From: the human T2T-CHM13v2.0 reference genome, Homo sapiens
Assembly (NCBI RefSeq): GCF_009914755.1
Contig: NC_060929.1
DNA length: 64,000 nucleotides
Reading direction: 5' to 3' (one strand)
Below, one piece after another: positions 47,200 through 61,689 of this stretch. The translations under genes were made by a program, and so were the position numbers. Position 1 is the stretch's first letter, and the number at the start of each line of letters is the position of its first letter. The notes under the pieces are model-generated. The model worked only from the letters and a program-made list of their open reading frames with translations, did not search any database and was not told the DNA's origin.

Positions 47200-48290
47200 C
47201 AGTTTAAGTACATGACTATAGGGCTTTTACTTCTTTGATTTTATGTTTTTATTTTTGTCTATTGTACTGAAAATATTGATTAGTAATGACATAAACATAC
47301 TTTATTAATGTTATACTACTATATATTATACACACAGACACATATACATATGCATATATATGTATATATATGTACATATACAATGGGTTCAAAATAACAG
47401 TGCTAATATTAGTACACAATTACTCAAAACAGTTTAAGGTTTTTTTACAGTTTGTTTTGGCCATAGTATACATCCCACTAGGAGTGTGCAGGCAAATTAT
47501 CTGTTTTAAAATCACTTGGCATAATTCCCCTCTGTGTAATTAAGCCAGCAATGCAAAAAGTAGTTATATTTTAGATTATTTTGGCTTTTTATTTTAGGAA
47601 ATTTATTCCCTTCGCTTTTGTTTTAAAAATTACTTAAAACATTACATAGTTCCAGAGTTACATTTATAAAACAGTGTACATTTAGAGCCCTCTAGTTTCT
47701 ATTCCTATTGTCTTTATCCTGTTCTCCCTCATAAGTAATATTTTTATTAGTTTCTTATTTATCTTTTCATTTTTTTACTCTTGTTTAAAAAACTAGGAAT
47801 AATGTTCAGCTTTCAGAAAAGTCACAAAGATAGCACAGAGAGGACTATACGCCCTTTACCCAGCCTCCTCTAATGTTGACATCTTATATAATCATGGTAC
47901 AATGTCAAAAATGAGAAGTAACATCAACTAAGCTATAAACTTTTTTCAGATTTCATTAGTTTTTCCATTAATGTCCTCTTTCTGTTCCAGCATCCAGAAT
48001 ATCTCATTGCATTTAGGCCATTTTTATAAAAATAAGCTAGCATATATTTTTAGTTTATACTTACATATCCTATTTCTTAGATAATATGTGGTATACTACA
48101 TACTTATGTCTTAATTTTGCTCTTTTGAATTAACAGCATATCCTGGAAATCATTCCATAGCAGTATATGTAGCTATTCCTTATTTCTTTTTATACTGGTT
48201 TATATTCTATTTTATAGATATGCCATAGTTTAATTAAAGTCTTCTATACATAAAAATTTTAATTGTTTGATAATAAATTGAATCACTGTG
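47200..48290 (-). mobile_element. Old L1M 3' fragments
   Basis: T-rich antisense L1MB/MC-like motifs, e.g. tttacccagcctcctctaatgttgacatctta. Confidence 0.6.
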
Positions 48291-48459
48291 AAGAATTTCT
48301 TTGAACAATAAAATTGTGAATTGCTAAAAGGCAGTCATGTCTACAGCCAATTGATAAAAAACCCTAAGAGTAAGTGATTAAATGATTAAACCTTACAATA
48401 AACAAAAGTTGGTATCACAAACACCACTAATAAACAAGTACAAGCAACATCATTTTCCT

Positions 48460-48902
48460 TTACTGCATATGACCCAGTTTTAAAATGTTTTTAAATGCAA
48501 AATGAAATACATAAAATTTAAAATGAAACCAATTACCATGAAATACATTTACCAATCACTAAACAAATTATGATGTGGTGTCATATGTGCATCTATATCA
48601 ACACGGAAAATAATAAGATCTAGGGGCAGTCTAATAACTATTACAACTCCAAAGCGGACATGAGCATAAATCATGTTTCAAGATTTCTGTAACTTATAAC
48701 GTTACATGAAAGTATCTATGACTTCTATTGATGACAAAGTCACTGATATTGCCAATATTGCTGTGGTTTGTAACCTATATTTATAATTGAAGGAAATGCT
48801 GTATTTCAGTTAAAGGGTAATGAAAATAAAGATGTGATTTTCCCCATCCAAATTCCCAGAGCCCCTGAATTCTACCTATGGACCCCAAGTTAAAAACCTC
48901 TG
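48460..48902. mobile_element. MER119-like hAT-Charlie element
   Basis: aagatctaggggcagtctaataacta...ggaccccaagttaaaaacctctg. Confidence 0.7.
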
Positions 48903-50548
48903 CTGTAAAGTCAGGAAAAATCAGTGAAAGAAAGTACTACCCAAGTATTTTGCTAATTTGCTTTTTTAAGAGAAGCCAGAAACTAAAGTTTATTGAACAT
49001 GTACTATTTGCCAGTTCTCTCTCTCCCTCTCTCTCTCTCTCTCCATATAATTATAACATATATAATATATACATACACATTATATATTTAATAATTATGT
49101 ACATAACATCATATACATATTTATTCAATATACATATAATTTTTATAGCACTTAATCCTCACAAAACCCAGTGAATTTAACAGAGGTTTAGTAACTTGCC
49201 CGCAATCACATAGATAGTAAAGACAGGGTCAGAAATCAAGGCCTGTATGATTTCCACTATATCATGAAGCTTGATATAGTAACATATCAGCAGTATTTGC
49301 ATTTTAAAAGTGAAAACCTATAGAAAACAATATTAGAAGGAAAAGGAAGAGAGGAATGGGGAAAGAGAATTGCTTTAGTGGTAAAATTTCAGACCTTACA
49401 AATGAGCTAGAAAGGATGTTCTTTTGTAGTAAGTTTTCCTTAAAATTCTTCAGATCACTTTGCTATTGCATACCTTTATAAAACCAGCCACATGCACTAT
49501 CTGGTTAATTTCCATGACAATGGCTTATCTATATCATGGATACTCTCGATATATTCCAATTAAAGGAATAAAATACATGTAGGATAATAAGGTGGGTCTT
49601 GACATCTGTCTGCGATCACTGCCATACTTTAGTCACATTTATTTACTAGGCTGTTTCTTACTGCTGTGTTAGAGTAAGGTTGCATACCTAGAATTCAGAG
49701 ATCCCAAATGGTGAAACTCTAAAAGCTAGCCTTGTAAAACACATGACTGGACATACACTGAGTACTGGAATGCTGCCATGGGATCATTCATGTGCATGTC
49801 TCTCCTAGATATAGCTGATTCTGCATCTACTCTGTCTTTTTTTTCCTCTGTTTTGTTTTAATCCCCCAAAATATCATTCTTAGGCATTCACTCTGTCTTG
49901 CAGGTATAGTCACATTTCTGCTCAAAGCTCTTGTTCCAGAAGTGAATACCTGATATAAATTTCTCACCTAAGTAATCAAGATGGTACAATACTAAATGGT
50001 GAAGTACCACCTTTTACCAAGAAATAGCCACAATATCCCCTTTCGAGCTAGTTTGCTAAACCTAATCTTGATAATCCACTGGGTCATTAAGCACCAAAAT
50101 GATCACTTACTTTGCAAAACCCCTGGTCATCATTTTTTCATTGCTTACAAAATGTTTGCATAACCAGTATTTTTCAGACTGCTTCATTTCATATTTGAAT
50201 TTTTTAAGCCCGTGGCGTGCTTAGCTTGGGAAAATCTTTTTGTGCCAGGCTGATTATGTATCCAGATTGAACTGCAGCCTGTTGATTTAGGTCTTTGTGT
50301 CCAATAAAGGGAAAACTCTAGAAAAAAAAAAAGCATAGTTCTGTCCATTGGCCCAGTCAAAATGAGCAGTCCCTAGAGCTGTCTAAAGTCATCATGGAAA
50401 GTCTCCCTGCCAACTGCTTCACACTCTTTCCTTTGGCTGCTATTCATATCTCAAGTGTTCTCCAGGACACATGGCCCTGTGTCAGCAGCTCACCCTACCT
50501 CTCATTGCAACCTCCTTGACCTCATCAGCATTTCACTTCTCTGTCCCC

Positions 50549-51070
50549 TGTGACAGACTGTTGGCAAATATAGTCACAAGTATTCCTCCCATCTCACATG
50601 CCCTTTAGCAGTGTGACTTTGCCCCTCTTCTCATCAAGACATGGAATCTATTTCTCCTCTGTGGAAATCTGGGCTAGGCCTTTGATTTGTAGAAATAACA
50701 CTGTGGCTTCAAAGGCTAGGCCTTAAGAGACCTTACACCTTCCATTTTTCTCTCTCTTGGAACTAACTGTGAGAACACCATGCTGTCAAGGAGTCCAGTC
50801 TCACCAAGTGGAGGCTGAGAGGCCATGTGGAGGAGAGCCAAGGTGCCCCAGCTGACTGGCAGCATCAACTGCCGGAAGTATTAGGGAGGACATCTTGAAC
50901 TGCCAGCCCCAGTGAAGTCATCATATGACTGCGATCATGTGATCTCAGGCAAGACCAGCAGAAGTACCATCTAGATTGACAAACCAGAGGATTATGAGAG
51001 AGAATACATAGTTGTGTTTTTAGACTACTGAGTTTGGGATGGTTTATCACATAGCAATAGACAAATGAAA
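50549..51070 (+). mobile_element. MLT1H-like MaLR LTR
   Basis: tgtgacagac...gtgtgactttgcc...gtttgggatggtttatcacatagcaatagac. Confidence 0.75.
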
Positions 51071-51984
51071 AACCTTCCTTTAGCAGTCTTGCCTCGAGAG
51101 TCATCCAACACTTTACTTCAATCTTTTGTTCAAGAGGGAAAAAAAAATCTCAGTCTTTACTAACATACCATTTTTGTTCACATAAGGGCTGCATTTTATG
51201 CCAAATTTTGGTCAGCCAAAGGTAAGGATATGAACATTACATAATAAGGAAATTCCTCAAACTGCTGTCAATATACAGATAGAAAAATATTCACTATGTG
51301 CTTAAGACATGACATTAAGAAGTAAAGTATAAACATTGACATAAGGAAGACCTACTTAGAACGGTAGCTCCACTACCTTTAAGGATTGCATTAATAGGAA
51401 TTGACAGAAGCTCTTTCCAGTATGTAGAAGAGTCATCTTTCTACCTAGGCTAATCAAATGGAGTTTTACTGTAGAGCTGGGCTATAGGTATTGCCCAGCC
51501 TAAGTCAAGACAGAGGCCTGAGTCCAGTATTTCCTCATCATTTTTTTCATTCCCATTCTTGGGGTTTTCTTAGTTTCATAGCTCTTGTGTTACCAATACT
51601 TAGAAAATGAATGGTTTACCAGGGTTCTATATGCTGTATATAAACCTCCTAAATCATAAGCAAAATTGAGCAGCAAAAGTCATATTATTTTAATTATATT
51701 CTCAGAGACTTCTTTGACCACCCCCAGCAAGAGAGAATAATAAATACTGAGTTAGAGAACAAAGTGTCAACTTAGAGAGCAAAGTGTCACTTAAAACCAA
51801 AAGTTCTTTTTTAATAGCACCCATTTAAATGTTTCACTTAAAAAGTAGTAACTCAAATATACACAAAGAAAATTTATTAATTTTTAAAGGCATAAATCAG
51901 TATGAAAGGGGACAAGTTATAAATTATGCATCTCAGAACATCTGTTACCCTAAAGATCTAGACTAATGTTTAAAAATAAATTTT

Positions 51985-54407
51985 TCAGGGGGCTTCCCCT
52001 TTCAGGAAGATGGAGTAGATGTTCTTTTTTGTATTCATCCAAGTAAATACAACTAAAACCTCTGCATATGTAAAATTTATATAAGAAGACTGACACGTTA
52101 AGAAAAGGGAGACAGGCTAAGGACCTCAGGATCTGAGTGACAATACAGTGATGAGTTCCCTGCATTTTCTCATTGCCTCATATATTCAGGATTTGCAGCT
52201 AAAGAAGTCAGCAACCCCAAAACACCAATGAATACAAAAATAAAACAATAACAACAATAAAAGTCTGCTCTTTCTAGTCAAATGTCCTGGAAAGAGGCAG
52301 AAAATGTTTAAAAAATAGTTGCTCTACTCTTGTCAAACATCATCGCCACTCCCCTCCACCACCACCATCAGCAGCAAAAGCCAAGCAAAAACCCACTTTT
52401 GTCAGGCTGTAACACGGCATCTCCACATCCCTCATTGTAGTAGTAGAGTAGGAAGTGGGACATTCATTCCCCACTGAGCACTAATGAGCCAGCCCCCCTC
52501 AAACACCCATGGTGTCAGTGGAGACCACCTGGGGAGCAATGGAGATGCCATGGGGAACATACTTCTACCCACCCAGCAGTAATGAGGTATGCTTCTGCCT
52601 TCTCACTGGAGTGGTGTCAGAGGAGACCTACTGGAAAGTCAGGACTTTCATCGCTCTCCAGGAGAAAATGAGGCCACTCATCCTCTCCCCATGGGGTCAG
52701 TAGTAGCTAGGAAGGGAGCAGCAAGGATGCCCTCCTACTCTTCCCCACTAGGAAGGTATCAGTGGAGACTAGAGGGATCTGGAACTCCCATTCCTGCCCA
52801 GTAGTAACAAGAAGTATATGGCTTTGGTTACCAATGTATCCAAACTGGGGAACCTGAATGGACTGCTACACAAACCCAGCAGTAACAAGGTAGCACTCAA
52901 CCTTCCTTTGGTGTCAGAGAAAGCCATCTCAAACAGAGATTTGAATAAGATCTGGAGTCTTATAACATAGTACCTAAATGTCTAGGTTTTAATTGATACT
53001 TATTCATTACACCAATTACCAAGAAAATCTGAAACTAAATGAAAAAAGATAGTTAACAAATGCCAGTAAGATGATAGCGATCTTAGAATTATCTGACAAA
53101 AATTTTAAAGCAGCCATGATAAAAACATTTCGATGAACAATTACAAATACACTTGACACAAAATAGGATGTCTCAGCAAACAAATTTTTTAAAGTTTCAG
53201 CAAAGAGGTAAAAGACATAATTAAGGACCAAAGGGAAATTTTAGAACTGAAAAATATAACTGAAATTAAAAACAAACAAACAAACGAAAAAAAACAGTGG
53301 ATGGGCTCAACAGCAGAATGGGAACAGAAGAATCAGTGAACTAGAAGACAGGATGATAGGAATTACCCAGTCTGAACAACAGGGAGAAAATAGATTGAAA
53401 TAAGTTAACAGATTCTAGGGGACCTTTGGAACTGTAACAAAAGATCTAATTGTCATGTTTTATTCTTGAAGGGGTGAAAAAAGAGGATGGGGCTGTAAAA
53501 ATACTTGAAGAAATAAGAGTTGACCAAAAACTTCCTAAATTTTGCAAAAACAATGCAAACCTACAGATTTAAGAAGGTGAGAATATTCCAAACAAAATAA
53601 ACTCAATGAAATCTGTACTTTTACACATAATGGTCAAATTACAAAAACTAAAGAAAAAGTCTTGAAAGCAGCAAAAGAGATGTACCTTACCTATAAGAAA
53701 AAACAATTCAAATGACAGTAATTATTAATTTTAAAGATATAGAGACCAGAAGGAAACAGCACGCCATTTTTCAAGAACTGAAAGAAAACAACTGTCAACC
53801 GAAAATCTTATATTGGGTGAAAATATGCTTCAAGAATGAAGTGGGTATCAAGATATTTTCAGATGAAGGAAAACTAAGATAATTTGTCACCAATAGATCT
53901 ACTAAAAAAGAATGGTTAAAGAAAATGGTCTCAACAGAAAGAAATTTATAAAACAGGAACCTTGGAACATCACAAAGAAAGAACATGGTAAGCAAAAATA
54001 TAAGTAAATACAACAGACTTTTCTGGAGTTTTCTAAATCATGTTTGATGGTTGAGGCAAAAAATATAGCACTACTTGATGTGGTTCTAAATGTATGCAGA
54101 AGAAGTATTTAAGACAATTGTATTGCAAATAGGGGAGGATAGAAGATTTAAAGGGAGGTAAGGTTTCTATACTTCACTTGAAGCAATAACGTGATAATAC
54201 CAGCAGACTATGAAGAGTAATGTATACATAATGTGATATATAGAGCAATCACTAAACAAGTTATTCAAAGAGATACATCAAAATCACTATAGAATATAAT
54301 AAAAAAGAACAAACTATTGATACATGCAATGCCCTGGATGAAACTCCGGAGAATTCGGCTGAGTGAAAAAAGCCAGTCCCTAAATGTTACATCATGCATT
54401 GTTCAAT

Positions 54408-54451
<44 letters not shown>

Positions 54452-54720
54452 CAAAATTATATAAATGGTCAACAGATTAGTGATTACCAGAAGTTAAGGT
54501 GGTGTTGGAGGCAGGCAGTAACTGGATATGGCTATTATAAACGAGAGATTGTTGTGATGATGGAAATGTTCTGTATCTTCACTGAATAAATGTCAGTATC
54601 CTGGCTGTGATCCTGAACTCTAGTTTTCCAAGATGTTACTATTGGAGAAAACTGAGTAAAGAGTACACAAGATCTCTCTGTATTATTTTCTATAGCTACA
54701 TGTGGATCTATATTTATTTA
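51985..54720 (+). mobile_element. Old L1M element (5'UTR and ORF1, then jumps to 3' end), with (TG)n at 54413-54447
   Basis: 5' motif aagatggagtaga; degenerate ORF1 coiled-coil/RRM coding sequence; L1MC-like 3' end. Confidence 0.7.
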
Positions 54721-55889
54721 ATTTTTAATTTAATCTATATTAATTTAATTTTTTAAATCCACAAGGGTGAATAAACAAAAATAAATAAATTCTTCCTGAA
54801 GAGTTATTGTGGTCTTCTCATGTACGTTTCTTTCTGAGCCAGAATCAATTTCACCACGTGAAAAGTCCTGAGGTCCATATAATGACATATCAGCATACTT
54901 AGCTAGAGCAAGAATAGACAGTAACAAACAAACATAAAACATTGAACTAAATTCCAAACACCTCTTCAACCCTCCTTGAATTTAAGAATACTAACTTTGT
55001 AAACACAGATATTAGAAGTTCCACTGTGGAAAGTAGTTCAGGGCACTGCTTTGAGGGTCCTGAGCAAGATTCTCCTTGCTTATTTGCTATCAGAGTCTGT
55101 GTCTGACAATTCATCTCAGGCAACTTATACTCACCATTCCAACTCTTAATTCCAAGCCAGTTCTACTACTATTGAAGGAGGGTCCCAAAGGCATCAAGTG
55201 AATCCAATTCCCCACCCTCAAACTCAGCCACTGGGCATGGAAATATTTTAACCAGTTACCCATTCTCTAAAACTTTCAATAGCTTCCCACTTCCTATAGG
55301 AAAAGGTACAAACTTCTTAGTCCAGCACAAGAGGCTACTATCTAAACCCTACCCACTTCCATAACTGGTCTTTTATTTGTCCCCTAAAAGACCACTCACT
55401 TGAACCAGAATGTTTCTGTTCATCAAACCCAAACTTCTGTTCATCTTCCCACCTTCTTGTCTTCTTCTCATACTACTACTCCAGACTAGAGAGCTTCCCA
55501 CTCCTCCTCTCTGGCTTCACTAAGTTCTACTTTTCTTTTAAAACTTGCCTCCATTCTGAAGCCTACCTTAAAGATGTCTCTTGCCATTAAATATTCTTTT
55601 CTTTCTGCCATCCCTCATTTCTCCACATAGCATTAGTTATTTTTATCATTTCTGTTTTTTTCTGCTCAAGTCCTATCTCCCTATTCAGATTGCAAGCCAC
55701 TCAAAGAGCCTTTTATCTCTGTAAATCTCTGAAAACAGAAAAAAAAAGTTTATGTTGACGGCCAAGATTTTAATATTAGATCTGGCATAGAAGTAACTTG
55801 CTTCCCATCTGGACTTTAAATTCCTCAAATACAAATAAGGAAGATGAATTAGACGAGTAGTTTTTAACCAAGGATATGCATTGAACTTA

Positions 55890-56090
55890 CCTGGGGCTAC
55901 CTTTGAAAATATGTGACCCTGAAAAAGTGATTTTAACCATCTAAGCTTCCCTCTCTGCATTTATAAGAAGGAGACAATGGTAGCACTTACTTCATAGGAC
56001 TGTTAATGAGGATTAAGTTAGTTAATACATATAAAGCAATTTTGCATAGTTCCTTGAACATATTAAGCTCCCAATACATTTTAGCTACTG
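55890..56090 (+). mobile_element. MIR SINE
   Basis: tgtgaccctg...acttcataggactgttaatgaggattaag. Confidence 0.7.
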
Positions 56091-56785
56091 CTAAATACAA
56101 ATTGTTAAAACTTGATTCACTTGGATATACTTATCATTCTAGAACAGTGTTCCCAGCTTACAGTTGGGAGAAGTGAAACAGGGCAGGAACCCCTCATAGG
56201 GGCCTGTGAGTACCACCCCAACAACTAGCATGAAAATAAAGGAAAATCTTGAGTTCCCTCAAGGGTAATTCCAGGCACCTAGCTATCCTTAAGAAGTAAA
56301 TAAACAACTTGATAAGTGGGAAGGTAATAGTAGCTTAAAACAATAGCCAAGGAGTTAGAATCACCAGAATGTTTGGTTCCCTGTAGAAACTAAAGATAAC
56401 ATCTTAACATGTATACCTGAGTTGTTTTTCAGCAACCTGGACCCCCACCAAATGGATCTGCTGGCACTGAGACCTCAGATAAGGGGGAGCTGAGGATTGC
56501 ACTCTGACCTTTCTTCTAAATTTCTTCCTGAGGGGCCTGGAGAAAGTCTCACCCACAAGCCAGAGCTAACATTCTTTACTACTGACTTTACAATTTTAAA
56601 CAAAGTTTCTCTTCCTTAACCAATTGCAAATCAGAAAATATTTGAACCTACCTATGACCTGTGGGCCCCTCCACTTCAAGATGTCCTACCATTTTAGGTC
56701 AAACCAATGTATAGCCTCTATATATTGATTTATGACTTTACCTGTAACTTCTGCCTTCCTGCCTTTAAAAACCCTTACCTGTAAG

Positions 56786-57222
56786 TGTAACGTTCTTGTA
56801 TCGTTTCCACCCTGAGAGCACACCAACAGACAACACGAGGCGGTGTGGAGCAACATGCTGTTTTAATGACGGCCTGGGTGCAGGCGGGCCCCAAGTGACG
56901 ACTGGGCAAAGTTTTATAGTCTCCTGTAAACAGTAAGTGTCACAGTCCGATGTAACTGCTACGTTGTACCCGGATGGCCTTTTTCTGGATCTTCGTGTCT
57001 TCCGGCCAGGGTAGGTGTCTTTCCCCGGCTCTCTTCCTGCTTCTGCTATCGCGCACCCTGCTGGCGCACCCTGCTGGCGCACCCTGCTGGCGCACCCTGC
57101 TGGCGCACCCTGCTGGCGCACCCTGCTGGCGCACCCTGCTGGCGCAAGTTGCGCCTTGGGACTGGGCCTGAAAAGGGAGGAGTTATTCATCTTAAGCTTT
57201 CAGGCCCGGGGAGAATCTTACA
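56786..57222 (-). mobile_element. LTR18 (HERVL18) solo LTR
   Basis: Antisense starts tgtaagattctccccgggcctgaaagcttaag; 5-bp TSD GTAAG at 56781-56785 and 57223-57227. Confidence 0.88.
57051..57146. repeat. 13-bp minisatellite (GCGCACCCTGCTG) x7.4
   Basis: Seven perfect units plus GCGCA. Confidence 0.98.
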
Positions 57223-59154
57223 GTAAGCCCTCTGGGAGTTTGAGTCTTAAGCATGAACTGCCTGATTCTCCTTGCTTGGCACTCTGCAAATAAACACTTT
57301 CCTTTCTCCTGCTGCAAACCTCAGTGTGGATATCTGGTCTTCCTGCGCTGGGTGAACAGCGGTTTGATACCAGAAGCTCCAGAGAAACTGCAACTAAATT
57401 CTTAGATGCATCTAGTACTATCTGTTAACTAAATGAATAATATAGTTTGCTCACAAAAGTATTCCTATTTAAAAAATATATATATATGTGTGTTTTGTGA
57501 CTAATAAAATACCAAGTCAGGTACAGTGTTACTGAATTCATAGTTGCTTTTTGTCACTATGTATTTTCATTGTCAACATACACTATAAATATAACTATTA
57601 TCATGCAACATTCCTTCAGTTTATTTTCTCCATCTTATAATTTTCAGACAGACTAGGAAACACTACCCCCAAAATATCAAATTACTATCATTATAATTTC
57701 CTAATAAACCTGTTCACCATGCTCATCTCAGAGTTCTGGGTAAAGTGATTTCTAGTTGCAACACAGTACATATGGACTTAAAAAGTTTGTAAATAAAACC
57801 ATAAAAGAAAAAATATAAACTAATGATTATTTTTTAGTGAAAGGAATAGACTTGATGAATGTAAAGGAAAAAATATGACTATGCTACCCAATAAAATGCC
57901 AATAGTCTTTCAAGCAGGTTTCTAAAATCCTAGCAACTCCCTGGAATTCACAATTCAGTAACCCAATATTTGAAGAAAGAAAAAACAAGAAAATGAACAA
58001 CATGCTAGCATATCACTCCTTCCATAATTGTTGCTCATGCACACCAGAGCATGGATGAAGCTGAATGCACAACTTTTATGTTTAAATTGATAAAGGTAAA
58101 ACTAAAGAGGGAAAGGGCTAATTAAGCATGTTCTTCAGCATCTTGCAAACTGAAAAAAAAAAATTACAAATAAGAAGTAAATTTTGAAAAATGAAAACTA
58201 ACTTCTTTGGCAGAGAAATAATTAAATATTGAGCTGTTCCTAAAGGATTATTTTAGAAAACTCCAAATTTTTACTCTTAATTTTTACTCTCAATTCTCAC
58301 ATAATTTTTCGGTACAATATTGTAAGACACGCAAAATATTACTTAAACGTGTTTATAAGAAATAGAAAACTTTCATCGCAGAGGGTTTGATCACATGATT
58401 CCCCAGTTGCCCAAATCATCCTTTCTTTGAAGCGCATTGGTGATAAGGGAGATAAAAATAGTTTAAAATTCCACCCTGCTTATGGGATTTTTTTTAATAT
58501 TAAGCGATCCCTCAAATTCCCATTTAGCTGTAACCCCCAAGGCAGTCTATTTAAGTTAAAAACACACACATACACAAAAAACAGGCAGAAGCAGTCAAGT
58601 GGAAAAACAAGAAATAAGAGTATTGAGACTAGTATATACTATTTTTTTAGCAAATCACTTCAACTCTCTGGGTCTCATGTACCTAGTTGTAAAATGCAGA
58701 AGTAGGATTGCTAAAAATCTATGATTCTACAGTCAACAAAGCATAGGAGGTCTCTTTCCTTGTAGCTAGAGATGTGGTAAGGACAGAGTCTCCCTAACCG
58801 CAACACTGCCCAGCTCACATAATTTCACTCCCTCAGGCTAAGCCTGTCAGCATGTCTTCTGGGGAACAAAGAGAGAACTCTGATGAAATTAGGGCAACTA
58901 ATACCCAAGGGACAATTACAATACAGTGATTATCTTCTACAATTACTGGCTTTTAGTTTTCTCAAAGACTTCAGGTTTATCTATGCTGAATCTCCTTTGG
59001 AGAGATCCATGATGTCTCGAAGCAACATAGCTAAATTCCTTTTCATCTAAAAGTCATAGCTTTTGACAGATGCTATCATGGAAGGAAAGAAAGCACATTC
59101 TGTACCAGCTGCAATTACAGTTGAAGCATTAAAAAAGAAATGTTAGAGGTGGTG

Positions 59155-59168
59155 GTGCCATCTAGCTG
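59155..59168 (-). promoter_or_regulatory. Candidate CTCF site
   Basis: Minus strand CAGCTAGATGGCAC matches CCRSYAGRKGGCRC at 13 of 14 positions. Confidence 0.35.
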
Positions 59169-60168
59169 CTGTAACGGTGAGACGTAACCTATTTTTATAA
59201 ACTCCTGTAGGAAAGCACATATTCTGATCGTTTTCTATAGGCAATGAAAGGCATAATCTTTCTTTCTGTGTAATATCTCCTTGTAGAAAAGTAAACAGAG
59301 GCTCAGAGAGGTCAGTCAGCTAGTCAGCTAGTCAGTAGTAGAACCAGGATCAGAGCCTGGTTCTTTTGATTCCTCTTTCCACTTCCTCACCACTAATGAA
59401 AGACAGGTCCCTAATCTTCAAAGCAAGTTCTGCTTTCACATCGCCTCTCCACACAGCAAATAAATCACTACATTACAGAAGTATTCTCCCCTTCTTCCAC
59501 ATGAAGGAAAATGATTTACTAGTCACCCTCTGAAAATCTATTTCTAAGAAGATCCCCTAAAAAGGAGTCAAAGGTATCTGAAAACTTCCAAAATTAGTAA
59601 CTAGACAGTTTTGTTTTCCACTTGGAAATCCCTATAACCAGGTTCCAAAACCACCACAAAGCTTGGCCCTGTCATACCAGTATTGAAGATTTCCTCCCTG
59701 CTAACACGTAGGAGGACTGACTACACTAAAGCAGAAACATAATCTTTCTCTTTTTCTTCTAGTCACACTTGTATTGCTGTTCCCCAACAAAGGCATTGTC
59801 AGAAATGGAAGAAAACGGATTCAATGTCACTAGCCCCTGAGGCCCTCTCCCCAACCTTGCGCCCACAAAGAAACCACTCTCCTTGAACAGAGCAGCACTT
59901 CTAAGAAAGTTCCCCAATAAATATATACCTGCATTCATACACGCATATCACCACCACTTTGCTTGAAACCCAGGATATTTTTTTAGTTACAAAAGTAATT
60001 TTTTTGTGACTTTTTTGTAATAGTTTAATGAATATAGAAGAGTTTAAAGAAAAAAACAGTTTCTAGCTTCCCTACTCAATCCCATTTTCTTGACAAAATC
60101 ACCATTAATAATTTGGTGTATAGATTCTTTATATTTTTTATGTTTTATGTTTGTGTAAATATATGTAA

Positions 60169-60543
<375 letters not shown>

Positions 60544-60659
60544 TGAAATTAGACTAAGCATTTTACTCCAAAATTTGCTTTTTATTCCGTTTATCTTTCT
60601 GGATATCCTTCCATGTTGATATGTATAGCCTTAACTCATATGGTTTAATAGCCAAATAT

Positions 60660-60953
60660 GGCCAGGCACGGTGGCTTGCCCTTGTAATCCCAACACTTTG
60701 GGAGGCCAACGCGGGAAGATTGCTTGAGCCTAGGAGTTTGCAACCTGCCTGGGCAACATGGGGAGAACCCGTCTCTATAAAAAAAAGAAAATTTAATTAT
60801 CTGAGCATAGTGGCATGTGCCTGTGGTCCCAGCTGCTGGGGAGGCTGAGGTGGGCTTGAGCCCAGGAGGTTGAAGCTACAGTGAGCCTTATTCATGCCAC
60901 TGCACTTCAGTCTGGGCAACAGAGTGAGATCCTGTCTCAAAAATAAACAAAAA
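60660..60953 (+). mobile_element. AluJ
   Basis: gattgcttgagcctaggag diagnostic; 13-bp TSD aatagccaaatat at 60647-60659 and 60954-60966. Confidence 0.92.
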
Positions 60954-61154
60954 AATAGCCAAATATAGTCCACAATGGAGCTATGCAATACTTTTTAACC
61001 ATAATGTACAGAATGGACATTCAAGTTGTTTCTAGTTTATTTTTTCTTTCTTTTTTTTAAATCATGAAGGACATTGTTATAAACATTCCCATATACGTCC
61101 ATTCTTGTTTTCTGGAGTTCTTATTTCTATAAGATAGAGTCATAAAAAGTGGCA

Positions 61155-61600
61155 TTCCAGTTATTAATTGTTAGATAACAAACCACACCAAAAAAAGCTT
61201 ATGAATTTAAAATTGGGGCAATGCTTAGCACAACAACTCATGCAGCTTTGGCTGGGGTAGCTCAAATGCGGATAGAGGATTCATTTCCAAGAGCAACCAC
61301 AAGTTGTTGCTGGCTATTGGTGGGAGCTGTTAACAAAGGACTTCAATTCCTTTCCACCTAGGCCTCTCCATGGACTGCTTAGGCTTCCTCACAGCATGGC
61401 AGCTGGTTCTAGAAGCAAATGTTCAAGAGAGAGAAAATGGAAACTGCTAATCTCCTAAGGCCTGGTCCTGGAAACTGGCAGTGTCCTTTCAACCATATTT
61501 TATTGGTCAGTCAGTCATAGAGCCCACCTAGATTCAAGAGGATTGGACATAAACCTATCCGTAGGAGGAGTAGCAAATTCATATGCAGCCAACTTTAATC
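61155..61600 (-). mobile_element. Old MLT1 MaLR LTR
   Basis: ataacaaaccacaccaaa...ggcttcctcacagcatggcagctgg...ttttattggtc. Confidence 0.7.
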
Positions 61601-61689
61601 TATAAGTAAGATTGCTGAGTAAAATTATCGTGCACATTTTTAGTATGAATAAATATCGCCAGATCCTTTTCCAAAAAGGGTTAATTTAT

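Larger units (their letters stand above)
56174..57372 (+). mobile_element. ERV1 solo LTR (MER39-like) interrupted by LTR18
   Basis: TG...CA ends; 4-bp TSD GAAG at 56170-56173 and 57373-57376; AATAAA near 57289; family name from recalled consensus. Confidence 0.8.

Noticed and set aside
57051-57146. CRISPR-like array or repetitive protein (ORFs 56765-57293)
   Set aside because: No spacers, eukaryotic context; the ORFs are only stop-free frames of a GC-rich tandem repeat.
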